Assembly (NCBI GenBank): GCA_026026165.1
Contig: JAPEUD010000037.1
Span: forward strand, 1-64,000
DNA: 64,000 bases
Origin: Sarea resinae
Taxonomy: Eukaryota
Direction: 5' to 3'
Positions within the stretch are counted from its first letter, which is position 1, and each line of letters begins with the position of its first letter. Under the pieces are notes generated by a model. The model made no database searches and was not told where the DNA came from. It was given only the letters and a program-made list of their open reading frames with translations. The translations under genes and the position numbers were made by a program. Below are positions 11,077 to 23,689 of this stretch, piece by piece.

Positions 11077-14000
11077 TCATAACATGCTCACGGAAAACAA
11101 AGTCGGGTCAAATTCATCTGAACCTGACCATCCAATGGACAAAGGGTCCATGTTGGGTTTATCGTAGAGATCCTGGTCCAAGCTCCAAAAGTTGTTCTCA
11201 GGCTGTATGCCGAGATCACCCAAGTCTCCGCTCAAGACGTCTGCTTCCAACCAGTTGGTACCAGCTGGGCCGCTAATGTTGATCTGTAAATCATCATGCT
11301 CTGAAATATCGCTATCTCGGCTACTCTCGTTGCTCTTCGTCGAGGGCGGCGTGAAGATGGGGGTTGCAGACCGAAGGCTGGTGAAGGAAGAGATACCATC
11401 CAGTTCCTCGAGCCCCTCGAAGCATCGCATGAGATTTTCCGGAGAGATGAGGCTCTCTTGCCAGGGTGAAGGCTGTCCGCCACTCGAGCCACGCTTCTCT
11501 GATTTCTCATCCGCTTCTTTGCCCGATTTGCTCGGCGTACCCTTTAATGCCAAAGTCCCCGATGCAGGGGTCTTGGCATTGGCAACTTGAGGTGTTTTGA
11601 GCATGGTCTGAGCTGGCGAATTGGCTTTGGATCCGGTCTGCATTCGACTAGATGGTGTACCAGCACCCAGATTAGGAGTCGCAATGTCCTTACCCCCCTT
11701 GATACTCGGGGCGTGTTTGGATGGCGTAGTCTGAGTTTTCTGTGATCCTTCAGGGGGTGATACTTTGAAGGTTTGATCTTCTTTCGGCGATTTCATCGTG
11801 CCATCCTTGTTCAGGCCGATTCCTTCTGCTAAGCTTTCCAAAGCAAACTTGAGAGGGTCAGCAATTGGCGGCTCTTTCACTTCATGTGTCTCAGAAGTGT
11901 GCTTGGCAAGCTCTAGTTGTGAGGCAAAGCCCTTTTTGTTGAACTCGCATTTCAGTACGGGACATCTGAATGTCGGTGTAGCCTCCGGTACTGGCTTTGT
12001 TTCTTGCTGCTGTCGCTTCTGCTCCGTCTTTATGATCTGTGGTGATGTTGTGGATCCAGGCGTAGTATTCTGGCCTTGTGCTGGGGTCGAAGCCGCGCTA
12101 CCTTGTTGATTTGGCTTCCGCTTCTTCGCGGGAGGGAACTTGAGCTTATCCGGCGTGAGCTCATTAGGTCCGTAGGCTTGAGGTACACCCTGAGGCGAGG
12201 AGGCACCAAGCGCGAAAGGAGGCTGCGATGTGGTAGGGGCCGCTGGTGGACGAGAGTTGTTGTTGGCATTTGGAACTTGTCTCTGCAACTGTAGCGCTTG
12301 CTGTTGCTTGCTAAGATTTGCGGCATTGAGCGGATGCATGGAGGCTTCAGCATTTGGCTGAGGCTGAGATTGGGGTGGAGGTTGAGCTTGAGACTGAGAC
12401 TGAACGCCGGGACCTCCAGGTTGCTTGTTGGATTGCTGGTGGGCTTGCTTTGTAACCTGAGCCTGTCTCTGTATTTGCAATTTCTGCATGACAAAATTGA
12501 AGTATTCCTTCAATTTATGAAGAGACTGGTCTAATTCCTGGGGCGTGATAGAGAAATGTTCTGCGGGATCCTTGTTGTTGTACTGCTGAATCAACACTTG
12601 ACGCTATGAAAAGTCAGTGGACAGTAGAAACGATGATTCAAGAGCCCTACCGTGGAGATGATCTCCCTCGCCATGCTCTCTTCGCCATATGCTCGCCAAA
12701 ATATGGGCAAAGATTGTTCCACTCTATGCACCATGTCTCGAGCTTCTCGAAGCTTTTTGGTCATGACCTCCTTTACCTGCGGATTCAGATCAATCGGCTG
12801 GCGCTTCGGACAACTCCGAATCACCTCTGCGACGATTTGTTTCAAGCGATTGTCTCTCTGGCGTTGTCGCTCGAGCTGAGCTGCCTCTTCATTGTTGGGC
12901 GGACCACCTCCATTTGCCACTTGGTTTGGCTGCTGCTGCCCACGCACTTGGCCGTTTTGTTGATGGTGAGCAAGTTGGCGGACATGCGCCTCGAATTTAG
13001 CACGTTGTGAAGGGTTCATTGAAGCTAATTGTTCCGAGGTCAACCCTGCAACGCCCGGTCTCTGTTGCTTCCCGTTGGGTACTGCCGGAGCTGCTGGCAG
13101 AGTTTGACCTTGCGAAGCATTGGCGTTCTCATTGATCTCATCGCTACTTGGCCGCTTTAGGTTCTTCGGAGCTTGTTGCGGTTGTGCAGGAGGCTGGGCC
13201 GCTCCTCTACCTGATGGAGCTTGTCGGCCAGATTTAGCGGCCGTTGAAACTGGGGTTCTGGCATGCGGATCAGACTGCTGTTGCGCCCATTGTTGAGGTT
13301 GTTGCTGCGACTGCGCTTGCTGGGGTGTTGGTTGTTGTCGCTGTTGTCCGGCTGCGCCTTTCTGACTGGCCTCGCGTTGGGCTTGTTTTTGCTGCATCTG
13401 CTGATGCTGTTGTTGTAATTGCTGCATTTGTTGCATTGCAGTCATTTGTGCCGCTTGCTGTGGGGGTAATTGCGGGGGCCTGGCATTGTTCGCCTGTGCC
13501 TGTGCCTGTGCTTGCCGAAGACGATTGCTCATGACCAGTCTCTTGAGCTGATCATCGGTGATGGCTTTGAGGTGGTCTGGAAGTCTCGGGCGGACCGATT
13601 GCAACTCTTGAGCAGTGGGTTCCGGTATGTTGGGTGGCATTTGTGTCATTTGCGGCACACCTGGGGGCTGGCCAGGAACACGGCCGTTGGGTACTCCTTG
13701 CGGAACCATCGAAGCGGGTGGCGCCTGTCCGGCTGGCGGCACACCCGGTCTTGCTTGATTCATCATGTTCAGAGCCCCTTGCTGTGTCCGACGAGGATTG
13801 ATGTTCATCCAGTGCATACTCTGAATACCATTCAACTTCTCCAGGCTAGCGGCTGGCATATGTTCGGGATTACAAGAGACCCACTCTTTCAGCTGACCCC
13901 AAGTCTTGACATGCTCGGGAACCTTGATGGTGTTGTTGTTCTGCGTGTTCAGAATATTCCTCGGGAAGGCTTTGGTGTCCATCTCGCGCACGCGCTCTGG

Positions 14001-16180
14001 AGTTAACGCCATCAAAGCATTTTGAGCTTGTTGCTGCCGGAGGTACTGTTGTTGTTGATGTTGTTGTTGAAGCCTCTGCTGCTCCTGCTGTCGCTGCTGC
14101 AATTGCTGATTCTGCAATGCTTGCCCAGCCATCTGCTGCTGTGTTGGAGGAACTTGTGAAAACGCCAGTTCCGGATTTGCCAGAAATTGGGCATTGTTCA
14201 TGTTTTGATTCGGTTGCATGCCTTGGGGAAACATGTGTTGCCCAGCCTGAGTCATTGGGGCTTGAGGGGCCATAGATCCTTGAGGCATCGCAGCGGCTCT
14301 GTTGGCCTGCTGTTGTGCTTGAGCGGCCTGCTGCTGTTGTTGCCAATTGCTCAGAACGGCTTTGATTTGCTCCTCTGGCAAATTAGCGATATGCTGTCTC
14401 AGGGCCAGAGGAAGGTTCTGGAGCTGGAGTTTGGTGATAGGGGTGCCCGTAGGCGCTTGTGCCATAGTCTGTTGTTGCGCCTGTTGAGCGGCCTGCTGTG
14501 CAAATCTCAAATCCTGCTGCTGTCCCATCTGTGGGGTCATTTGCTGTGGCCTCTGCTGAGGAGTGCCCTGACTTGGAGGCTGCTGGCCTTGTGGACCCAA
14601 GGGTCGATTCAGCATGGACATTGCCGGGCTCTGTTGCGGTGGTCGTTGACCCATGTGTGAATTCATCCCTCCGGGTTGTCCTTGCAGCGCAATCTGCTGG
14701 GCTTTCGCCTGCGCCGACGCTCGAGCCTGCGGCTGAGATTGAGCTTGGCGCTGAGCCACCTGTTGCATCTTCTCTTTCTGGGCCTGCTGGGCATTGAACA
14801 TTTGCTGCTGATGCTGCGCCATGGCATTTGAATTTGGCATGGGCCGTGAGACGTTGGCCTGACCTTGCTGGCTTTGTTGGGCCTGGCCCATTGGAGGACC
14901 ACCCATTTGCTGTGGAGGGAGTGGCCGGCTATTGCTCGCAGGCACCACCAGCTGGCCAGCTTCCTGTGACCGTAGGCCTTCGGCTTGTTGTCCGATGAAA
15001 TTCTCCATGCTGCCGACAAAGGTGTCGAAGGTTGGGGGTCCGCCGGCTCCCGGCTGTGGACCTTGGGCACCCATGCTGGTCCGGGACACCGGTCTCTGTT
15101 GCCCCGCCATGCCTCCCATCCCGCTCAGATCTTGACCTGGTTGTTGCCGATTAAGCTGTGCTTGAGACTTCAGCTTGTTGATCTTGAATTGTCGGAGAGC
15201 CATGCTTCGGAAAAAGTACGTCACGGGATCAAGACCTTGTCTCAAGAGGCCTTCCTTTTGCTCTGCGGTGATGTTTTGTAGATTTGCTTTAATCTTCTCC
15301 AAGTCATCCCGCGTGGCGTTTGAAGCCATTCGCTGAGCCAACATATGGACATGACCGGTTTCTTGAGGAGTAAGGGCTTCCGCGGCTTCGGTGTGTTGCT
15401 GCATCGGCATCTGCTGCATCATTTGTTGATACTGCGGTTGTTGGTGAAGAGGGCCTGGTACATTCACTCCATCCATGCCCATGGATACTCTCTGTTGGGG
15501 CTGCTGCCCAGGAGCCTGCGCCATTTGCATCTGATGTTGCATCTGAGGTGGGAATTGCTGCTGGAATTGGTTCTGGCCTGGGTGAGACATGCTTGTCTGC
15601 ATCGGGGTCTGCTGCATCATTGTCATCTGGGCGTTTTGCTGCGCTTCCATCGCAGCGGCTTGTCTTTGTCTCGTCGACTGAATCTGGCCTAGTTTCTCTT
15701 TGCAAAGCGTGTCGTAGGATGTCTTCGATGTTTATTAGTTCCGGTTCCAGTGACTACGCTGGATGCGAGACGAACCTTATCGACAGATTCCGATAGCGAT
15801 TTGGTCTCGAAGGCAATAGCGATGCTCACTGCCTCCATCAATTCGATGTTGTGTCTCACTTGCCGCAAGTAATGTACTCTGTCACAGATTCAGTGAACGC
15901 TCGACCAGGACACTTGTCAACCCTCATTCACACGGCCGACACAACGACAAAGGATATGATCCCGTGCCTGAGTCATCTTTGGAAAGCCATTCACTCACAT
16001 CTGAAAAATCCATCGCGCTCGCTCTTCGACGGGGACAGCGCTCTGCCAGCCTGGGGGTAGGTTCTGCCGACGAAGTGTCTGCAATATGTACTGCTGGACT
16101 TGGCCATTGTTCGGCCTCTGAACAGGCACCTGGCCTGGCCCTCCGGCGGCAGCCATATTTTGAAAGTTGGCCGGATTCAT
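11077..16180 (-). CDS. MED15: Mediator tail subunit Med15/Gal11-like, 4 exons
   Basis: N-terminal fungal KIX-like segment (PGWQSAVPVEERARWIFQ / AIAFETKS / SYDTLCKEKL), very long Gln-rich body, LRSQEAGQLVVPAS, TWGQLKEW, C-terminal CxxxxC...HxxxxH zinc motif. Confidence 0.75.
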
Positions 16181-18729
16181 GTCTGAAAGTCGTGCCGCAG
16201 GATCGTCGATCCCTTCACTCGGTCGATGACGGTGCGCGCTCAGTCGCGGGCGTTGGAAGACGTCGAAGCTTCAAGCATACATGGGCGATCGAAGGAGACA
16301 GGGCAAAGAACTATCGGGTGCGTGAGATGTCGTTTGCCACGAGGAGAATGATGCGTCACAGGGTATGCTTCCAATGAAAGGCGGGCGGCGATTCGATACC
16401 GACGAGCAAGGGCTATGAGCGCTGCACTGAAGAACGTGGGCAACGTCGACCGAACTCTCCCAAACCGGAAAGCTGTCGCATAGCACAAACTGTCGACTTC
16501 TGGTTATGACTGTCCGTGGCAGAGCCGAATCTGGGTGTCTGAACCGAGCAGCAACCAGTCAAAAGAGTCGACGATGCGATGAGCGAGCTTGGTTGCCTGC
16601 GAACAACGCATCAAACTCGCACTCGTCTCCCTCTCTCTGCTCTCCTCTAATTTCCTCGTGCGACGGGAATGCGAGCGTGTCGTGGATTTCCGACCGTTTG
16701 AGTTTCTCTTCTGCCTGTATCGACTTCTGCTTCGACACACAGATGGATCGGGGTGTCCCAGGTCGGTCGATCGCTTTGACGCAGGGCAGGCAGGCAGTCC
16801 GGAGGGTGGAGCGAGGTCCAGGGTGGCAGGCGAAGGTGGTGCACGCCAACTCGTCCGTAAGACGGGATGGACCAACAAGGGATCGAGAGAAAGTACCTCG
16901 CTGAGCTGTCTGTCTCGAACGAGAGAGGGCTGGCACTGAAGGAATCCAGACTCCGACGGCGGCTCTGTTCGGCAGGTTCAGTAGAAGGATGAGGAGGAGC
17001 GGCAGGATTGCAACATGTCGGGTGCAAAGGAGACAGTCGGTCGAAGCACGGTGGAAATGAATGCGGAAGAGGTCAGGTAATCATGATAGAGGAAGAAGAA
17101 GAAGAAGAAGAAGAAGAATGAGTGAGGTGTGCACAGTGCAGGTGCAGGTGGTGCAGAGCAGATGGGGCAGATGGGGCCGATGGTGCAGGTGGTGCAGGTG
17201 GTGCAGGTGGTCGCTGTCCCTTCGCTGTGCTCTCTCGGTGCTCGTGAGAGGGACAAAGTACTCGTACAGAGAGAGGCAAGGGTAAGGCAGCGAGGGCAGC
17301 GAGTGCAGCGTCCAAAGTACCTGGACCGGCGCCGTCATACCGGATAGTATGGTCGGCGGGGTCTCGAGTACTCGTCGCCGGTACCTCCAAGGCAGCCCAG
17401 TCCTAGTCAGTCCCAGTCTGCAGCTCCCGTTCAGCACGAAGACGAAGACGGCGACGGCGCCATCGCTGGCCGATTTTACGGACCAGAGCCGAAGCCCCAT
17501 CGTCACTATCTTCTTCCCCTGCCCTTTGTACCGTATGAACATCTACTGAAGTATCACCAACATGCGATCCGTCTACTCTACTCGTCCAGTATCTCCCCGC
17601 GACACCTCTGGCTGCGTGCCAGAAGGAAAAGAGAGAGAGAGAGGGTGGATGGATCATCGACGACGACGACGCTACTCTGCAGCTGAACCACTCGATGAAC
17701 CTCCTTGCTCCTTCTCGTCCGCGACAGCTGCTGCTACTGCTACTGTGGTATCATTCACTCGTACTCTACTCTTCTTGTCTGGTCCGTCTCAACTGTGTCT
17801 GGTCTGCGTCGGTGTCTGTGTGTGACCTGAACGGTGTGGAGGACGGGGCCACTAGGAGGACGGGCCCTGATAGAAGTAGTACTATGTAGTTAGTAGCCCA
17901 CTCGCCATTGACTAACATTCCTGGTCGAGCGTCGCCTCAGATCTGCTCCGTCGCTCCAAAGCCCAAGCCCTCCCACGCACCCTGGCCAACTTTGATTCGA
18001 GTGCACTCCTGCGCCAGGGCTTGCTTGCCATTGCTTGCCATCCGGGATGATTGTTGATGTCTGTCTGTCTCGAGCGAGGTCGAGTATTACATCCGTAGAG
18101 CAGCTTGACTTTGCACGCCGTCTCAGGAGCACGACTTCTCTCTATCGGAGACGGGGACATTGACCTGGATCGGCTGGCCAGTGGTTGTGATAACATTAGT
18201 AGGTAGCCCGAGATCAGCCATTCCAGAGGAGATCCGATCAGCTCTACTATGAAGTACTCGGCCTCTGCCACGATTCTTCGTCGTCGACATGATGATCATC
18301 ATTGGAGGCATTGGCCGCAAGGTACGAAGTACGAAGCACGATTGAAGTCAAGTACTCCGGAGTAGTACGGGCTGCACTGCGCACTCCAGCTGCCCTCCAG
18401 CTGCGCACCGAGCTGATTGATGGGCGTGGCGGCTCGCTTGCACGGAAGCGCTGTCAGAGAAGGCATTGGTCCACCAGACCATGACCGACCCTACCGACCC
18501 TGCCTCTCCGCCGCGGTAGACTAGAGTACGAATGCTGCCATCTGTATCTCCCCTCGTCTTCACCGCCTGCCTGCCTACCTGCCTGCCGCACTGCACTGCA
18601 CCGCACTGCACTCTGCACCGTGACCTGACCGGCCCTGGCCTTGCCCTACCGACCTTGCGTGCTCCTCCATCCGATCCAACCCACCCATCCCATCCTTAAG
18701 GTAGACGTCATCTCAGCAACTCGGTCAAG

Positions 18730-19902
18730 GTGGCGTCCCCGACAGTCCACCATATCTCGTCCGCCCTGTCGAAGATTTCATCTGTTCTGCCCGAGGTCCC
18801 GACCTCATACTCTGCCTCTCTGGGGAGATTCAACGCTGTTCTCCAGTCTCGCCATCGACAGCTGTCGCGGTTCGCTTCGGACCACCTCGCCGACGTTGCC
18901 GGCAAGTGGACGCTCGACTCGCCCGAGACCGTCGTCGCCTCTGTCCTGACCCTCATAGTCCTGCTCGTGTCGATGAGTGGCTGGGGCAGATCTTTTGGGG
19001 GATGGGGCGGTCGTTTCTCACCTTTCGGAAGATCGTCGGATTACCCGCCTCAAGTCTCCGATAGTGATTTTTCATACATCACGTCCGAAGATCTCGAGTC
19101 GCCCAGGAACACCTACGATGCTCATGCCAACTCGAGACCGCCGTTGGGCGGTGGCCAGGATGACATCCTCGTGCTGCGACATCGCACCGAGCGTTATCCT
19201 CTACACTTCCCGAGATATTCCATCGACGATGGTTTGATCACCGTGGGGGACCTGAGAGAGAGGGCGGCCAAGGAGTTGAATTCCAATGACGCGAGGCGGA
19301 TCAAGCTTCTATATAAAGGTCATAATCTGAAGGATGACAATCGTTCATGTCTCGACGAGGGACTCAAGGATCGATCGGAAATCTTGGGAGTGGTCTCGGA
19401 TCCCCTGCCTGGTGAGGATGAAGAGTCTGGAAGTGGAGACGACACATCACAAACATCACATGGCGATAAAACGAAGAAGAAGCGTGTTCGTCACCGCAAG
19501 AAGAAGAAGAGCAGGAAGTCCGGCTCGAGCTCTCCCAGCAGTACCGCCAACCTCGCTCCGGAATCCGCAAGCTCAACGACGCGACGCCCGACATCGCCCA
19601 TGCCTGCCCAGCAGGGTCCCAGGACGGCCATGGAGAAGCTAGATGACATCTCTTCGGACTTCCACGCCAGATTCGTTCCCGAGTGTATTCAATTCACCTC
19701 CCATCCTCCCACGGATCCGGCCAGAAGGAGTTTCGAGCATAAGAAATTGAGTGAGATGATCCTAGCGCAAGTCTTGTTGAAATTGGATGGAGTTGAGACG
19801 GAAGGGAATCAGGATGCCCGACAGCGACGGAGAGAGTTGGTCAAGGAAGCGCAGGCGGTGCTGAATAGCCTCGACGCCGTCGTGAAGCTCGAAGGCGTAT
19901 GA
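18730..19902 (+). CDS. BAG-domain co-chaperone with ubiquitin-like domain (BAG1/Snl1-like); start uncertain (GTG 18730 or first ATG 18973)
   Basis: UBL-like TVGDLRE...RIKLLYKGHNLKDD...EGLKD; C-terminal BAG EHKKLSEMILAQVLLKLDGVETEGNQDARQRRRELVKEAQAVLNSLD. Confidence 0.88.
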   Translation: MASPTVHHISSALSKISSVLPEVPTSYSASLGRFNAVLQSRHRQLSRFASDHLADVAGKWTLDSPETVVASVLTLIVLLVSMSGWGRSFGGWGGRFSPFGRSSDYPPQVSDSDFSYITSEDLESPRNTYDAHANSRPPLGGGQDDILVLRHRTERYPLHFPRYSIDDGLITVGDLRERAAKELNSNDARRIKLLYKGHNLKDDNRSCLDEGLKDRSEILGVVSDPLPGEDEESGSGDDTSQTSHGDKTKKKRVRHRKKKKSRKSGSSSPSSTANLAPESASSTTRRPTSPMPAQQGPRTAMEKLDDISSDFHARFVPECIQFTSHPPTDPARRSFEHKKLSEMILAQVLLKLDGVETEGNQDARQRRRELVKEAQAVLNSLDAVVKLEGV

Positions 19903-21310
19903 TGCGAGTCTCGGTCGTTACCTTTGGCACTGTATCTGGTCGGGCGGAGTCGGCATATGATTTGATCTTGTTGTCCTTGTTGAAGCGCCAAGGCCGAGAC
20001 GCAGTATCGATAGACGATGGGGCTCTCCGGCGGCTTCATCTGCATTAGACTCCATGTGCCGAGTCATGATTGAACATAGATAGCTCGAATACATGGCCTT
20101 GCTAAACTACGACCAACGTCGGACGCCTCGTATGGACTGATCATAGCACTGGACATGACCATGTGGATTCAAGGTACTACATGGATGGGACGGTAGGTGG
20201 TAGGTCATAGTGAAGGTCATCATCAACGACTGCAAGGTGAGGCGAACGAAGAAGAGACGCCAGCAGATGAGCTTCTATCTCGTGGGTACCTAGTAGGTGG
20301 ATGAGTGGCCTTTTTTCCGCTTCGAACGACACCTTTGATGTGGAAACGAGGGTCCGCTCAAAGGTTGTTGCGATGATGATGATGATGATACCCTAGCGTC
20401 GGGTGCCGTCGTCAATCTTATCGAGCGATGCGCCTATCGAGAAATGAATCTCGTTATGATTGATTGATTTTCTTATAGGGTACATGTAGCTATCCGTGGT
20501 GCAGTCGAGTCGTTAGTCAATAATGGGCAAATAGTAGTATACTCCGAGTATTTTGGTGGTGGGGAGATGACTATGCCGTCCTCTCCGGTACTGACCAGCC
20601 ACTTTTCGAGTGGTGATGGCGCCAATCACTGCCTAGAGAGCCAATCATCGCTTGTGCTCGCCCAAACCATCACATCTCCTTATTATTGATCTTCAGCTGT
20701 GGATTCGTAGACGGCGAAGAAGAAGACGCCGCGGAGAGATCGAGGAAAGGCTTCTGTGTTACTCCTCCACCATCATCCGCCATCGTCCACCATTCCGATC
20801 TGCTGCATCAGTGTCTTCCCCACAGTCGCCTCATACTGGCCCTTTTTCCTTCATCACACCCATCGTCTCCCGATCGTCTTTTTCGACCCCGAACCGGACC
20901 ACACTCTCGCCGAATCCATTCTGTCACTTCATTTCCCTTGCCTTGCCTTCACTTCACTTCAATTGTTCGCTCGCTCTTGGCCGGCTCGATCAATTCTGAT
21001 CTCATGCGCCGACATTTTCCCTCCTGACCACGACACTCATCTCCCTGCCCTGAATGTCTGTTCGAGAGAGCTTTGGGATCTTCAGCTTGCGGTCGCGCTG
21101 GTGAGAGAAGCTCCTCAATTTGTGGGAGCTGTAGGCTGGGCCCGCCTTCGCCAACATCGCACACCTGGTTCCCGTGGACCGTTAGGCCCAATCAGAGGCT
21201 CCGGTACCCTGAAATCGAACACAAACACATTCCTCAGCTCGAAGCCGTATTGCGATCAATCAGGTCGAGTGCGGATGTGATTCGCTGCATTGAGCCTCGA
21301 TCCCCCGGTT

Positions 21311-23036
21311 ATGGCTGCTGTTACCGCACGGCCATCTTCAGGTGCACTGACGCCACCGAGCAGTTCGCATGGAGACAGATCATCTTGGGATTACGCCGTC
21401 CCTCTAGATTACGAGGTATGCATTCTTATCCTCTATCAAGAAACATTCACTGATCCGCGACATGGTACAGAACGGCAATTCCGCCACGAACAGCAGAGAG
21501 TTATCATCCTCCTACGAGCCACACACGCACCGCCAACCTCCTCCGCGCCTGACAAACGGATCACTTGCAGCATATCCTCCGCGACCTGATCTGTCTCAGA
21601 GGCGCAACAATACCTTCGATTCGGGGCATTCCTCTCGATCGGTGCAGGGCGAGAACGGCCTCCTATCGCCGACCAGTCACAAGTTCTCGCTTGGAAGAAA
21701 GGATAGCAATCTCAGTGGTGTGGGCAGTGAGGCCGACAGCTTGTTGGATCTCTACGGGGCCCGCAGTGGTCCTAATAGTATGGATTTTGGAGATCGGAGA
21801 TCGGCAGATGGCGGCGAGTACCTGGATGCGGATGACCCCGAGAGCTCCAACTGGATTCACCGGGACAAATTGGCGAGGATCGAGATTCAAGAGTTGCAGC
21901 AGGCTGGAATACACATTCGCGGAGACAGTCGAGCCGGGAGTCGACTACACAATCGGAAAGAAAAACACCGAGAGCACTCCGCAAGTCAGCAAGAGAATGA
22001 AGATCTTGCTCAAACGAATCACGAGGGTGGGCGACAGCGCATTGCGTCTCCTGTACCCGCGGATGAAGAGAGTGACGGGGAACCAATGGTCTTTGACGTG
22101 CGCACTCCCGAAGAGATTGCTGCTGCAGCAGACCAAGAGTCGAGAAGCAACTGGCATCTGCCCGTTCGACAGCCCGGCAGGAAGGCGAGCTATTCCAGGA
22201 TACCGCTACCAAGGTCAAGCCCGATGCCGATTCCGCTAGACTACCTCGAGCGACACACGCCGTTATCGCGGAGCCGGAACAATAGTGGAGCGTACGGCTC
22301 GACGATTGAAGGGCCCATGGGACATCATAGTGCTCGTAGTCGAAGTCGCAGCGTCGGCAGCCAGGTCTTGTTGGATGACGGCGAAGAGCCGGATCTCGAT
22401 ATGACGAATGGGGATACACCGTCCGCATCACCCAAGAAAGCTCGAACGCCAGGAAAGGCTACACCTGGTGGTCGGAAAGCGTCGGCCAATCGCAACGCTT
22501 CAGGACAGAAGCCGAGGTCACGATCTGCCGCTGCGAGTCGAGAGCTCAGAGGAGGCAGTCAAGAGGGAAATCGGCCGGGGACTTCCCACGCCAAGCCGGA
22601 GGGCGACCCACCATGGCTTGCATCCATGTATAAGCCCGATCCCCGGCTCCCGCCAGACCAGCAGCTCCTGCCCACGCACGCCAAGCGCCTCCAACAAGAA
22701 CAATGGGAGCGTGAAGGCAAGCCCGGATCCGTGTACGATCGAGACTTTAACACTCTGAATATCTACGACCGCGAGCATAAGCCTCCGACGGGCGAGGCAA
22801 CGGACAACCCCGACGAAGAGAGCGCGTGGCCACTGCGGGCTGCCAAGAGCCCAACTCCGAATGGGAGACCTGGCACCAGCGGCACCGAACATGGCGGCTA
22901 CAAGACCATACCCAACGTGGCCAGGCAGCCCAGTCCTGCGCCCGTGACGATAACGCGAGTGCCGCAGCCGGTTCAGACGCAGGATTCGCCTCCGAAAAAG
23001 GAACCGGGGGGGTGTGGCTGTTGTGTCGTGATGTGA
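21311..23036 (+). CDS. teaR: TeaA receptor TeaR (Mod5-like prenylated cell-end marker), 2 exons
   Basis: Exon 1 21311-21415, intron 21416-21470 (GTATGC..CTGAT..CAG); WIHRDKLARIE, PEGDPPWLASMYKPDPRLPPDQQLLPTHAKR; C-terminal CaaX GCGCCVVM. Confidence 0.85.
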
Positions 23037-23689
23037 GCCCGCGCGACCTGTCCATCAATCTCGAAGCGCATCTTCCTCTAAATTTAAATATCACCGTGCT
23101 GAATATCGTTTCCTTTGTTTGGGCGTACTTGTCGGCGGATAGGCGATCTCGGCTTTTTTTTTCCTTTTACTGTGCAGATATACGCCCCTCGTCTCGTCCG
23201 CATCTCGAGTCCAATTGAGCGATGGTGGTCTGTGCTTGGAGTTCCATCTACTCGTCTTCATCTGTCTGTCCGTCTTGGTTCATGCGTTTATATCTTCTTC
23301 TTTTCACTTCTTACTTGGCACGGTAGCGACCTTTTCTTCGGAGCGTCAGCGTTAGCATCAGCGTCAGCATAAAGCGTGCATGCATTCTGTTCTACGGTCG
23401 GATTCCTGAGCATACCTCCATAGGCATCGGCATCCAATGAGCGAGCGTGCATCCGGATCCAGCCATCCAGCCATCTAGCCATCTAGCGACGTTCCCCGTT
23501 TTCATCTTTGTTTTCTACTCTCTTTTTTTCATCCTCTTCAGACCTCGCATCAGTGGGATGGACGCACGCGCGCACGCGTCAATACGTCAATACGTCAACG
23601 TCAACGTGGATAGCTATTCAGCTTGCTGGCTAGATTAGATGAACTTGATATCCGACGAGATGAGAGCCCGGACGTTTCACTATTACGGT

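Noticed and set aside
16240..18620. Many short ORFs between MED15 and the BAG gene
   Set aside because: Repeat-derived, with no recognisable domain or coherent exon structure.
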